DNA from: Bugula neritina
Lineage: Eukaryota; Animalia; Bryozoa
Reading direction: 5' to 3'
Length of the DNA stretch: 64,000 nt
Assembly: GCA_964035545.1 (NCBI GenBank)
Contig: OZ037773.1
Span: 7,159,751-7,223,750 of the forward strand
The notes under the pieces were generated by a model. That model saw nothing but the letters and a program-made list of their open reading frames with translations, was not told the DNA's origin and did no database searches. Each line of letters starts with the position of its first letter. Within the stretch, counting starts at the first letter, position 1. Both the position numbers and the translations under genes were made by a program. This document shows, piece by piece, positions 11,272-26,300 of the stretch.

Positions 11272-14200
11272 TTAGTGCAAAGCAGTAATCAGATTGCTAG
11301 CTTCGTCTCTGCTATGAAAGGTAGGAATAGCAGGTTCGGGTAGTCTTATTTTTACCACAGCTGAGGTTTTGTTTACTTCTCCCATGGCTGGTCCAAAAAG
11401 CTGAGCCCTTCTCTGCTCTTCTACCTAAAAAAGAGCCGGAAACACCAGGTGAAATATGTTAACACCTGTTGGTTGTGACAATATCACTAACGAAAATACT
11501 AGCAGCACCTATATAAAAACTACCAGTACCTACACAAAAACTGGCTTAACCTACATTGTTACAAGTATTATATACACATTAACTAGCAGCAAGATAAAAT
11601 GTGTGCCCACCTTTTGCTTATGCTCCAGGGCTATAGCAAACATCTTGTTTGTGTTCAAAGCAGTTAGCAGCAGGTTCTTGCAGGTAAAGAAATATATTGT
11701 GTAGCTGAAAACCTGCATAAAATCACATTTGATGAATTAATGAACATAAGTATACCACTTGCAGTTACGAAAATATATTCAGAAAACAAAATATACGACA
11801 AATTAATATGCCATGGTGAAATATCATATTTAAGGTACTATTTTCTGCTTTAAGCTAATTTGGCTTAAGTTAAAATTAGCATGCTGATCGTATTGTAAAA
11901 GACAACAGATTTGTGCACCATTACAAGTGAGTTATACTGATATAGTTAATAGCGAATTACACTACACTGTACTACACTACACTGTACTACACTATACTAT
12001 ACTACACTATACTATATACTATACTATACTACACTATACTATATACTATACTATACTACACTATACTATACTACACCGCACTGCACTGCACTGCACTGCA
12101 CTGCACTGCACTATACTATACTATACTGTAATATAGTTTATAGTATAGTATTTACCTTGTAGTGTATGATAAGAACGAATCTGAATATGAGGAATGGGAT
12201 GTCATCAAGCAGAAGGACTGCTAGGATGGCCCAGACTCCATTCTCTAAACAAGAGCCACAGACGGTGGAGCCTGAGGGGAGTTAAGCAACATAATACAGT
12301 CATATTAGTATACTAGTATACAGCGAACGGTTTTAGGTAGAAATGGCATGGTGAAATGGCACAGGTAATAATAGCATAAATAGAAAAGTAGGTAAAAATG
12401 GCACATTTTCAATATTTAACAATTCGCTTTGTGGAGGTCGCTCCCTCCTGTCACTAGAAGAATAGCACCTGTGGCTCACCTCTCTTCCGCTCAGTGACTA
12501 CAATAGCTATCTGGATAATGCCACTTGTCCATAGAGAGAGAGTTACTGTTACTAGCATCGGATTGGTACTAACCTGGATGTCAACAGATATGCTGAACAA
12601 AAGTACTGAAACTACAAGTTGTTGTCTTTCAAAAAAAGAACTGTTTTGAAACAAAATTTAAGTTTCTTTCTTTATGTTATTGGTATTATTGGTTTATGCA
12701 TTTTACATTTCCAAGATGACTTAAGAAATGGAGTGGAAACAAATTGTTTGTTCAAACAACTAGTATGCTTTTTATAATTTTATTCCAAATGAACATAAAT
12801 TATGCATTAATAAAGAAATTTGCAATTATATATTTGGTTTTGAAAGAATACGAAGGTGTACAAGCCAGGTACTACTATTTATTATTAAATTTTATTCTGG
12901 TAAGTTTACTCATAGTACCTGGTCTTCTTTCAACAATCTGTACAAATCCAAAATGTCTGATGTAACGGCAAAGTTATGAAAAAGCATGACCGCTTTCTGT
13001 GCCATGGACACTGTGCCAGACCTGGGGCAGAGCCATCTGCCTGCAACATATTGAAATACAGACACAACTTAGCTAGTCATCAAACTAAAAAAATGAACCA
13101 TCAGGTAATTATAGTTTTAATATTTGCATTTAACAAAGTATATATATGCTCATACTTAGCTACAACGAGTAGTACATACACTAATATACTACAACTAGCA
13201 GTATGTACATTAACCTACAGCTAATAGTACATACACTAACATACAACTATCAGTATGTACATTTACCTAAAACTAGTAGAAGTATATACTTACCTACAAA
13301 TAGTAGCACATACACTAACCTACTACTAGTAGGAGTATATACATTTACTTACAACTATGAAGAGTATATACACTTACCTACAACTAGTAGGAGTAGAAGA
13401 AGCTGTACCATTATCTGTATACAGTTTCCACAGCTACAGAACTCGTTCAGCATGTATTCGGACTGTAAGAATAAAAACAAGAGAATACTAAATCTGTGTT
13501 GTTGTTATCATTAAGTGCTACGGAGGGTATGTCAGGTTATGTGGAATGAAACTCAAAACTTTTCCCAGCTCAAGCTATTCACTCAATCTCAAGTATATGG
13601 GAGTACCTAAATTTCGACATGCTTGGTATGAAAAAATATTTGAAACTATAACCTGTGACTACAAGAACCTTATTAATTAAATGTGAAAATGATCTTTATA
13701 GTTTTAAACTTGACCGACAAACAAATAAGAATGTCAGCAGACTAGACTTCAACTCACCCACTCTGTCACATTCTGGAAAGTACTAATGACTCACCCACTC
13801 CGTCACATTCTAGAAGATTCTGATGACTCACCCATTCTGTCACATTCTGAAAAGGCTCTTTCCGAGTCTGTCTGGTTGGGTCGATGGGTTGACACGAATA
13901 TGTTTGGTTTTTCCTCTTCAGCTCCAACCTCTTCTCCACCTCTGTCAGCTCCAGCACCCAGACAGCCGGTACGGCAGCGAGGATGTGGAAAAGAATGCAA
14001 GGAGTCACCCTGAATCATAGCAACATGCTTTACCAAAACTAGAGCTGCACTAGTCTGCTACTCGTATTGACTACCAACTCGTACCACAACAGCTATACAC
14101 TTACAGATCTAGAGAGTTAATAGTGCTCTATTGATATCACAAATGAGTTTCTATATTGAATCACATTGCTACATTTACCAATGATAACAGAGGTTTAGTT

Positions 14201-15309
14201 ATAATTAAAATTGTCTTCTTTTTACTGCTGAGATTTGAAAACAGATCACAACCTTTTCTAAATTTGCGGAGCACTTTAGAGCTGATTAGGTAGATATATT
14301 ATATAAAGCCTCCATTGTATAATAAGCCTCACCACCGCCATTCTCTGCCCCTTCTTTTAGCCAAAGTAATGAATGCTTCAATGATTTGTGGTCCAATAGT
14401 CAGCAATATGAGAAAATTGACCGGTTTGGGTAGATCTGCCATCCCTGTTGTAGAAAACACAGTCAGCATTTAGGTAGAGCCTTATTACCCATCTATTAGC
14501 AAGTTTAGGAAAGAAATTATACTCTTAGACTATAAAAAAAGTGTTGAAGTTTGAGCTCAGACTAATCAGTGAATACGTGGCTGTAACATGATGCAAACTC
14601 ACCACATGTATATAAAATGCAGATAACTATAGTAAATTAGAATACCTAATGCTACTATATAATACAGACTACACATCAGGCCAAACTGAGAACCTCTGTA
14701 ATGAAAGCCTCTATAACTGTATACAGAAATATGATTATGCATAGAAAAGATATTTTGTCTGAAGAAAAGTTAGAATAATTTCAAGACGCATTTCTTTAGC
14801 AGTGTGGAGGGGGGGGGGAACCCTTAAAAAGTACATCAGAAGACTTACACTACAAAAGTAACTTTTCACTCAAAACACCTCAAATTATTGACAAATTGTA
14901 TTATATGACAGAAATATATATTTAATGCATTTGGTTTTGTTTATGGAGCATACTTGATCAAAGCACAAACTTGCTCTGTTCCGGATCAACCTGGGAGAAA
15001 AGAAAGGTGATGAAGTACAAAGAAAATTAAAACTAGCAGGAGCTCTGTAGAAAGACAAACTTATAAAATATGTTTCATGCAACTCTCTCAAAAAGCATGT
15101 AACGAGTTCTCACCAATGACCAGAGCACACCCAACCCCAGAATGACAGAGAAATAGAAATCTAGCCAGAGCACCCTGAATAATATCGGATATTCTCGCAG
15201 CCCTAGCTCCACAGCATCGCTTCTCCTTTGCGGGAATATGAGGGTTTCTAGTAGCAACCTCAACTTTTACTTGTCTGGCAGCTGACAGTTTCTCCTTTGG
15301 AAATTTTAG
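11272..15309 (-). CDS. TMEM26: Transmembrane protein 26-like; exons 15114-15309, 14333-14444, 13832-14009, 13378-13462, 12919-13040, 12480-12573, 12156-12271, 11611-11712, 11272-11424; start-codon exon not located
   Basis: Spliced protein follows the TMEM26 motif order: ALARFLFLCHS, AKRRGREWRWVTPCILFHILAAVPAVWVLEL, QLLLLLLVVGRWLCP, SDILDL, LDDIPFLIFRFVLI, FFTCKNLL; all intron phases are compatible. Confidence 0.85.
11958..12150. repeat. (ACTAT/ACTGC)n pentanucleotide microsatellite in TMEM26 intron
   Basis: Visible array adjacent to the donor at 12155. Confidence 0.9.
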
Positions 15310-17305
15310 CTAAAACATACAAATAGTGTGCACAGTATTGCTTTAGTTAGTCTGCAATATTTTGCTTTACTGCTTATTAAAAGTACTAGCCTAAAATGAA
15401 GGTAATGTTACAATACAACACATCGAAGCTGAAATACTAACCAATTATTGCAAACTTGTAAAACTACATTTTTAAAATGGCAGTTCATGTGATACACGAT
15501 TAGCCTGACAGGAAGTAAAAATCTAACTCATTCCTATTCGTCCAGACACACAAAAATTTTATATGACAAAAAGGAGTCAAACTTTTCTAATGCTTTGGTC
15601 AGTTGAGGTTCTATTAAACAGAGAACAGCATACGCCTACGTTGGTTGGTGTTGCGTGATTGCACCTTCACAATAGAAATATGAATATTATAACAAATATA
15701 AAATTAAAGAGTGTGAATTCAGCATGTGTTCATTGGTCAAATAATGTGTTCATCGCCAAAGACTATTTATTTTTACCATAGATTTGGCTCGCACAGTTTG
15801 AAGGTTAAAGGATTTAGATCTTCTCTTGGAGTGCAGCTTCACAGGCACCTTTTGTTTAGTCTTTGCTTCATCAATTAAGTTACTTCTGACATCCCCACAT
15901 GTAGTGCTTGTAATGGTGTGTTTCAACTGAAAACAGTTGAGAAATGAAAATATTTCTAGATAATAAGCCTTACAATTACCCATTTGCAAGGATGGATGCA
16001 AACTTGAATTTTCAACATGATCAAAGCTGTAGTAGTCATGAGAAAAACTACAACTTTTTAATTAAATAATAAATTTTCAATAATTTTGCCCATTAAAGTA
16101 TTTTAATACTGGAGCTAAATAAAGAAAATCTGTAAACAGAAAGTAAAAAAGAAAACGTAGTGTTTTACTCAAATTTACATTCAGGTTATGCATGTGTGTA
16201 CATTTCATGTTATATACAGTTCAGATATGTAAATGCAGTTCATCTAATATACAGTATAAACATGTATATACAGCATACTACAAACCCCAGCAGTAGGTGG
16301 CAGCTTAACATATGGTCGCCAAATCAGCGGCTTCTCCATTTTGAGAACTGCGCGACTCTGTTGCCAAATCGAAGATGATGAGCGGAGAGAATGTAAATAT
16401 AAATGTCAAATACTCTCAGTAGTATAAAGTGATTTATTGGAGAATAAAATTAATTGAATTAAGTCTGGTTTTATAGATATCTAGAACCGAAGTACAAATA
16501 ATTGCATTGCATTAGACAGAAAAGTAGCATTATGTTACATTAGTACAGTAAGATATTCACTCAAAAATAGCTAGGCTATTTGATTCAGGGCAAAAATAGC
16601 TAAAATATATGAAAACCATCAAATAAAACCTGCATACAAAGACTTCAACATAAAATCAGGGTGCAAATCAAAAAACAGGCATGACTAACCGTCTGTTTAA
16701 AGGAACCAAGACATTGCATGAGAGAAATACAAACATTTAACCTCGAGACATGTCTAATGAAAGCCTCAAATTAGTAGACAAGTAAAATGAATAAAAAGTG
16801 ACACATTGAGTAAAAGTACTATATAAAATCATACACACATAATAGGTTAGATAAGTGCTCTTTACTATACATGCTGCGTTTATCATGAATGAGAAGGAGC
16901 TCATAGATAGCATATTCATACCGAGTAACTAACTTGATGAACACATGTAGCAATGTAGAGCTAGACCAAGCACAGACACATAATCACTGGAGCTAAGAAC
17001 TTGGGTAAATCTATAGGACTAGGGCTACAAAGAGCTAAGAACCTGGGTAAATCTATAGGGCTAGGGCTAAAAAGCAGACAGCACACACAAATATGAAGTT
17101 GTCTGCTCTTTCACAAGGTCATGGGAGGAAATATGTGGAATATTAAGAGACGATTCATACAATAAAAAACTACTAAATAGTAAATTTATGGCAAAGCTAG
17201 CACAGTCAGGATCTGAGACACTCTTATTGTGGTTACATAATATCTGTTTAAACCAGCTGTGAGAGTCACGAAGGAAAGAATGTGGCTGTGCGTTGCGAGT
17301 CCCGA

Positions 17306-20300
17306 CTACTCGATGTCAATCAGCAGATCTCCGGCACTCAGCTTCTGCCCTGAGCCGATGTGAATCTGTTTGACTAATCCGGACTTGGGAGCTGAGACTA
17401 CAAGCTCCATCTTCATGGCAGTGAGCACGACTAGGGGGTCACCTTTCTCAACCTTGTCTGACTCTTTGACGTAGATTGATACAACCTGACCTGTAAGAGT
17501 AAATATTTATACCTGTAAGAGTAAATATATACCTACAGAGTAAATACATACATACAGAGTAAATATATACATACAGAGTAAATATATACCTGTAAGAGTA
17601 AATATATACATACAGAGTAAATATATACATACAGAGTAAATATATACATACAGAGTAAATATATACATACAGAGTAAATATATACATACAGAGTAAATAT
17701 ATACTTACAGAGTAAATATATACATACAGAGTAAATATATACATACAGAGTAAATATATACATACAGAGTAAATATATACATACAGAGTAAATATATACA
17801 TACAGAGTAAATATATACATACAGAGTAAATAAATACATACAGAGTAAATATATACATACAGAGTAAATACATACATACAGAGTAAATATATACCTACAG
17901 AGTAAATACATACATACAGAGTAAATACATACATACAGAGTAAATATATACCTACAGAGTAAATATATACATACAGAGTAAATATAATTCCTACCAGGCA
18001 TGGGAGCTCCAACAGATCCCAAGTCTCCTTTCACAGCCTTTGGGTGAAATGATAACGTCTAAGAATAAAAATGACATAAAACTATACCCTAGCAAAGCAA
18101 CTTCAGTCAATTCTAGCCACACAACATAATTAAAAATAAAATCCAGTTTATTGTTTCAATAATCCAAACTAACATAGTGAAGTGTTACTAAAACATATAA
18201 CATAGTCAGAAGTTACAAGTATATCCTACATAATCGAATATAATCTAATAGAGATACTTACAGCTGTTTCCTTTTTGTCCTCTACATAAATAGTCCTCAT
18301 GAATCCATTAACCTCGAAGAAGACTTCACGTATTCCAGTTTCACTGTCCAAGTTTCCAATAGCCAGCGTTTTCACATTGATGATTTTTCCTCGCTCAATC
18401 TCAATCTACAGTATTGTGAGAAAGATATTCAACTAAATGTATACTGCACAGAATAGAATCAACTTACTCTGGTACAACACAACTCTCTCATGAATACGAA
18501 ATATCAAATGCTGAAAATGGTATGATTTTCGAATAGGCTTCGAAAAAAATTGAAATTTTATATCCTTCATTCAAGTGAAATAATTGTTTCAGCAGACGAG
18601 TCGCAACACTGAAAGGTAAACAAGAAGCTGCTTGACACAGTTCTGTCACATAAAGTTGATGGAATAATACACTACATACTAAGTCCACTCCCGCTAAAAT
18701 ACTGCAAAAAACACTAATAATATAATCTTGAAAAACACGTCAAATATTGTCGGCAATCAGCAAAAAAACTTTTGAGATGAAAAAAAATGGAACAGAAACA
18801 ATCAAATATGAAGCAGCCTGATAATTCCACAATATAAACAGTAAAATAACAGCATATAATATTATTACAAGTCACCAACACACATGCAGTTTCTTGTATA
18901 GATGAAGAAACATCTGCTCTTAGCACATTAGTGTTCATATTGACAGCCTTTATGTGTGAGTAGATGTGTGCAGGACATATGTTACATAACGTGTATTGAT
19001 ACTACTAAATAGATACTAGAACTGCGAGTGAGCTCTGCACACCTACCTCGGTCTCCTCAGCTATCTCGGGGCCGACAAAGAAGATTCTGGTGTTGAGATG
19101 CTTCACCGGACCAAACTTCTGCACGAAACTCATGTAGTCGTCAAACACCTCTGGGTAGAGGGCACCACTCATCACTTCCTCATCTGACAGCACTGTGTTG
19201 TGTTTCTCCTCCAGAGAAGCCTTGAGTGCATCAAAGTCCAGTGGTGGCAGGGACGCTCCAGGCCGGCCCTCAATAATCTTAGCTCCTTTCAATACCTTCA
19301 CAAGGAATCAGAGGCTATGAAGTGAGTCAAAGGCTTGAGTTGCAGGTTAGAATGAATTACTAAACTTTTAATGAAACATATTTTTTCCAAAGTGGGGAAA
19401 TCTCGTATTAAAGCAAACTAAATCACAGTAATCAAAGGAGAGTAATGCTAGGAAAAATTAACAGAAGAATTGAATTTTAAGGCCACAGAATTAAACTCGT
19501 GTCTTTAGTTTTAAATATAGGATTTAGAATAAAATAATCAAAACCAATAAAATAGAGAGCTTGTATGAAAAATAATGTATAGCAAGCAATTAGTGTGAGT
19601 TAAAGCATCACAGCACCAACATATAAATGTGAAGTTAACTTCTCTTCACTACAGAGTCAAACAACTTCAAAAAGAGAAGACAACTTTAAAAAGAGAAAAC
19701 AACTCTAGGAAGAGGAGAGAGAATAGCTGGAATCTACTACTCACATGGTCACGCAAAGGCTGGGGGAAGCCGCCATGTGGAATGCCTATGTAACCTTGGA
19801 AGAACTCCACTACAGAGGAGGGGAAAGACAACTCCGCAGCTTGCTCAACTACTTGCTCCTTAGTTAGGTTGTTGGTCACCATGAACTGTGCCAAATCTCC
19901 AACCATTTTAGATGAAGGAGTCACCTGCAAGACAGAAGCTAAATAGGTAAGCGTACCATGGTAAGGGCTAGTGCAATACGCCTCCAACTAAAACTATATG
20001 ACCTTAGGCTATTGTCAAATCACTGAATGAACTCACATAATAGTGTAGAGTTAGTATTAGGCAGCAAACATGTGTACAGGTCAACTGCAAGAAAACCTTG
20101 CTGTAAAAAGTCTCTTGAAACATTCCAGGAACATTGAATTATCAACTGTCTCAAAATAAAAAATCAGACAACTCAAATCACTATTATTAATAGACGGGTT
20201 TCTATTATTGAGTAAGCGGTCTGAAGAAGGGGAGAGGGTCACTTACCTTCACAATATCCCCAACTACTTCATTAGCTTCAGTATATTTCTGTTTAACTTC

Positions 20301-23300
20301 TTCAAATTGATCTCCCAAGCCAAGATTATATGCCTGGAACTGTAGGTTAGTATACTGTCCACCTAAACATTCCAACCATTTATAATGTGCCAACCATAAT
20401 CAACAACACAAATTGTTGTGTTAAATTGAAAAACTGCATTGCAAATGATGAGAATATAATAGAGCTAGAGGGTAGCCATTTTCTTCTCACATGACGTATT
20501 ATTGGCTAGTCACACGGTCCACAAAATGTGATTGGCCCATGACTAACTCTACCTACTACTCAGTATATAACTGAAATAAATGTACACTAGTATGCAATGT
20601 CTTACTTCAAAGATCTTCTATTTAGTATTATAACCTCTAGCATAAAATGCAAACTCTCTACGGACTAATTTATCCAACAGCAAGCCTACCAGGTATTTCA
20701 TTGATATACACGTCTGAATTGCCACTGCCCATTGTGGTGGTCGTCTCAAAGGGTGCATACAGGTGTCTTGCTTGTCTCCAGTAGGCGGTGTATGTCGATA
20801 TGTCCTTCAACTTCAGACCTAAAGTTATGACAGAGGATTATAAATAGCCATAGAGATGAGAGAAGGGTAACTAATGAAAGTTCACTTTACACACACCTGT
20901 CTCAAGGTCAACACACACCTGTCTCAAGGTCAACACACACCTGTCTCAAGGTCAACACGCACCTGTCTCAAGGTCAACACACACCTGTCTCAAGGTCAAC
21001 ACGCACCTGTCTCAAGGTCAACACACACCTGTCTCAAGGTCAACACATACCTGTCTCAAGGTCAACACACACCTGTCTCAAGGTCAACACGCACCTGTCT
21101 CAAGGTCGGTGTTCTGCACGGAGGCCACTAAGGCACCCATACTGGGCTGAGAAGTAAGCCCCGACATAGAATCGACAGCACAGTCTACAATGTTAGCTCC
21201 GGCCTGAGCCGCAGCCAACATGGCCGCCACGCCAGCTCCAGCAGTATCGTGAGTGTGCACGTGTACAGGAGTGTCAGGGAACTTTGTCTTCAGGGCATCA
21301 ACCAGGATTCTGGCAGCTTCAGGTTTCAGCACACCAGCCATGTCCTGCAGCAGACGTATTTGTGATTCATCAGAATACAAGATACATTTTCATAAGCGCT
21401 TATTTCATGTCATTACACTTTGAGACCCGGATGAGTACTAAGATTTGTGGCTATTTTCTAATCAAGCTACCAACTAAAGTGAAAGTTAGTTGATGAATGC
21501 ATGGATCTATAGCTAAGAGAAGATCAGTTATTGGATGTACACATACATACTCTGTTTCTTTACAATACATCCACAAACTGATATCACAGCCCTAATTTTT
21601 ACTAACAATCAGTACTACTAATAGTAGAGAGAGCTAACAACTGAGTACCTTAATTCCAATAATGTGAGCCCCGGCCCGGACCAGTTCTGAAGCTAAGTCT
21701 ACATAGTACTTCAGGGTGTACTTAGTCTTTGTGGGATCAGCGATATCACCTGTGTACGCGATGGTGGCTTCAACAACTCCCCCTGTGAGTGTAGTGAAGT
21801 AGAAACATGCGTGTTATACTTGGTTACCAGCGTACAGTCTGTATAGTAAATACAGAGTACGTATTAAATACAGTGTAAGTATAGTACATACAGTGTAAGT
21901 ATCGAATACAGTGCAAGTATTAAATGCAGGTAAGTATAGTACATACAGTTTGTACAGTACATACAGTGTAAGTATAGTACATACAGTGTACGTATTACAT
22001 ACAGAGTAAATAGAATATACAGTGTAAGTACAATAAATACAGTGTAAGTATAGTACATACAGTGTAAGTATAGTACATACAGAGTAAATAGAATATACAG
22101 TGTAAGTACAATAAATACAGTGTAAGTATAGTACATACAGTGTAAGTATAGTACATACAGAGTATGTATTAAATACAGTGTAAGTATAGAATATACAGTG
22201 TAAGTATAGTAAATACAGTGTAAGTATAGTACATACAGTGTACGTATTACATACAGAGTAAATAGAATATACAGTGTAAGTATAGTAAATACAGTGTAAG
22301 TATAGTACATATAGTGTAAGTATAGTAAATACAGTGTACGTATTACATACAGAGTAAATAGAATATACAGTGTAAGTATAGTAAATACAGTGTAAGTATA
22401 GTAAATACAGTGTAAGTACAGTACATACAGTGTAAGTATAGTAAATACAGTGTAAGTATAGTACATATAGTGTAAGTATTATATACAGTATATGCAGTAC
22501 ATACAATGTAAGTATAGTACATACAGTGTAAGTATAGTACATACAGTGTAAGTAACAACTCACCAGCCTGACCAACAGCCTCTACTCCTAGTAACATGTT
22601 AGGCATATAGTTGAGACTGTCAAATACTCTGAACACATCCATGCCATTTTCCACGGCTAAATCACAGAACCTGCAAATATACAAGTCAGCAAATGACCTA
22701 AAAGATTGTGTCAGCAAAATTAAGTGTCAGTAGAGTGACCTATTAAATAGCGTGAGTCATTAAAGGTCACCTGAAACTTTTTATTCTTAAAATATTTGGG
22801 TTTTACTGATTATCATCAACATAGTGTTTTGTACAGCTTAAGATTTTACAGGGCAACATTTGACTTTAAATGATGCATTTAGATGACATACTAGTTTTCT
22901 CGTAACATAAAATTGACATTTTTGATGCACATATATTGGTGTGAAGCTGTAATCGTATGTTTTCCAAGAAGTACTCGTATAAAGAATTGAGGTTTAAACA
23001 TGTTATCTATATAAGTATTATTCCACATGATATGAGGTGAGTAGAGAGAATATGCAGAGAGAATATGCAGAGAGAATATGCAGAGAGAATATGCAGAGAG
23101 AATATGCAGAGAGAATATGCAGAGAGAATATGCAGAGAGAATATGCAGAGAGAATATGCAGACAGATGAACCTGTGTATAACATTGTCAGGATAGGCAGC
23201 GTATCCGACAGCGTTGGCACCTCTCAGCAGCATCTGAAATGGTATGTTGGGAATCTGCTCTCTCAGAGTTCGTAACCTTTCCCAAGGACATTCGTACAGA

Positions 23301-26300
23301 AACCTCATGGCAACGTCAAATGTTGCACCTGCAATTATATAATTATATATATTATACTTGATATATAATATATTATATATCTAATTCATTATATGTTATA
23401 TTTAATGCATCATTATATTATATTTAATATATCATAAACTCATAATATCATAATAAAAATAAAAACCATTAGTAAAATAGAAAACGGAGTAAGTAAACTA
23501 TTACAAACTGGTAGAATAGTAGTTCCAAGTTTCTAAACTTTCTGTCAATTATATATACATAATGTATATCAAAAGCAGATTACAAATAATTAGAATTTGA
23601 AGATAACATTAAATATAAATTTCATAAAATAAGCTAGATCAGATATTAAAATACATCATAGCCTAAATTCATATCAGCTAACATAGGCTAGATAGCTCAC
23701 CGCCCCACATTTCCATAGAAAACAAGTCAGTCATATTATGAGCCACAAACGGAGAAATGTTTTTAAGGTCAATAGTTCTGACTCTCGTGGCTAGAAGGGA
23801 CTGATGTGCGTCTCTGAAAGTTGTGTCAGTTAGCAGTAGTCCTTTCCTAGCATTGACAGCTTTGACGAGGCCTTTAGGACCCTCCCTGAGCAGGAGATCT
23901 TTGAGGCCAGGTGGCGGTGGACCTGAGGTTATACAAAGATTTACAATTTAATAAAAACTATGTAGAACTATAAGTCCACAGACCGTATCTTAGTATAGCC
24001 GTGAACTTGTGATAAACTGGCATCTGAAAAACTTGCATTTAGTAACTAAAAATAGAGACAGGGTGGAAAGGTTGAGATTTACTGGGAATACTAAGCAGGG
24101 GTATGGAGAAATAAAACTATCTTATGACTGCATTATGTAAGGTTGGATGATATCTTTTGTTAGGAGTTGTCATCTCCTACATGGTACATATACACATTTA
24201 TGTCAGCAAAGTTTTAAGTTTTCCAGTGTTATAATAGGCGCTGATGGCAGAAACTTCGTAAGCATCATGTTACATGTTTGTCTCCACGAAGCTTTGTCAT
24301 AAAACATGTTTTATTCTGCTTGTACAGTCTATTGTTTAGCAAGTGAAAACTTACCAAGTGGAGTGGCTGGAATGGACGGAGGTACACTGGTTGGTTTGAG
24401 GTCTGTCACAAGAGGGGTGGCCGGGCCATTCACCAACACATTACCTACATTTATGTATAGGAATATAGGCTAACTTTCTATATAAGTGAATACATGAACC
24501 ACATGTGGCCTATTCTATATCACAGGTCTGCAGTAAATATCGAGATGGTATCGTTATTGTCAGGGTACATGGTAAACGTTCCTAATAAATCAATAACTTT
24601 CTACAGGAAGTTGAATGTCAAAGCTCAAGTATAGAACAGAAATATCTCTGCCACAACCGTCACAGACTTTCATGTACTGACAAACTATTAGAATAGAATA
24701 CTAATATGATATTACTACATAACTGTGAAAATATTTCAGATAGTTGGGAGTTGTTTCCACTCTTGATAACAGACCCAAAAACATTCCTTTGCAACTTGAC
24801 ATCTAAAACTACCATATTTTTGAAAAAGAATTAAAAAAATAACAACCATTCAATAGTAATAAAGAGTAGGTAACGCACCCAAATAATGGACGAGTTTCTG
24901 TGCTCTGTTACGAGAGGGAACAAACTGAGTAAGCTCGGGGTTACTATCAATAAAGGAAGTGTCAACATAGCCTTTGGAGAACGCCTGGTTGTTCATGACA
25001 TTTAGTAGAAATGGGATGCTGGTCTAAAAGTAGTGACATTAGTTTTTTATAGTATGATATAGCAATACAATGTATCATATAAAAATATAAAATATGATAT
25101 AATGATATATCAAAGTTGGTATAGTAATATAGTGTATAATATAGTGTGTGAAATAGTAATATGTAGTATATAAGATAGTAATCTAGGAATAATATAGTAA
25201 TATATTGAATGATATAATAATATAACATTCGATTTAGCAACATAGTGTGGTATTCAGTATTATAGTGCAAAACATAGTAATATTGTGCGATACAGTAACA
25301 CATAGCATATAAACACATAGCACATAGTAATACATAGCGTATGACATACCTTCACCCCACGAATACGGAACTCCATCAGGGCTCTAATCATCTTGTTAAT
25401 GGCAGCCGGGTGGGAGTCAGCGTGAGCGATGACCTTAGCTAAGAGTGAGTCATAATAGGGAGAGATCTGGGCTCCAGCGTGTGCATTGGCAGCATCAATC
25501 CTAATACCCATTCCCTCTCCACTTCTGAACACCTGTCAAAGAAATATTAATATGTTCACGTTTGGCAGGTTTACATCACAATGTTGTGAATAAAGCTATA
25601 GAGCTCAATGCATGTCTGCCACAATGCTTGAAAGAACTGAAAAAGAGATCTTTGAAATATATTGCATATATGCTATCCATATGACTGAAGTAAAAATATT
25701 TAGCCTTAAGATCTTCACACATATACTCATTCTAGTTGAGTACTGGTCAACACGGCCCCTACTCTCACCTCAATTCTACCAGTGTCAGGATGGAAGGCGT
25801 TAGCAGGATCCTCAGTAGTAACTCTGCACTGTATTGCCGCACCATTGCAGTGGATATTATCCTGTATTAGCCCTAGATCCTTCAGTGTGTGTCCCTCCGC
25901 AATTCTTATCTGACTCTGTACTAAGTCTACACTGTAACAACAGATAGTCAAGGATTTGAGAGCTAATGAGCTTTGCTGAGAAAAAGATTTGCAGTTAAAA
26001 AAAATCAAAATTTTATCAAATCAAAGTATTGTGTGCATCTGGATTCTAAAGCCTGAAATTAATTTCTCATCGAATATGATTTTTTAAATAGCTTCAGTTG
26101 GAGTTATCAGCCCATAAATCTTGTGTTTCAACTTCATAATTATAATATAACTTATTATATAGAGACACGATATCATTGAAGCGCGAGAGATAATATATAG
26201 GTCAGGGATTATATATATGTCAGAGATCATATATAGGTCAGTGATCATATATAGGTCAGGGATTATATATAGGTCAGAGAGAGGTGGTATATAAGTCAGG

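Noticed and set aside
15075-15263. ORF-track protein as the TMEM26 first exon
   Set aside because: Wrong frame; the TMEM26-like sequence and a compatible intron phase are in another frame.
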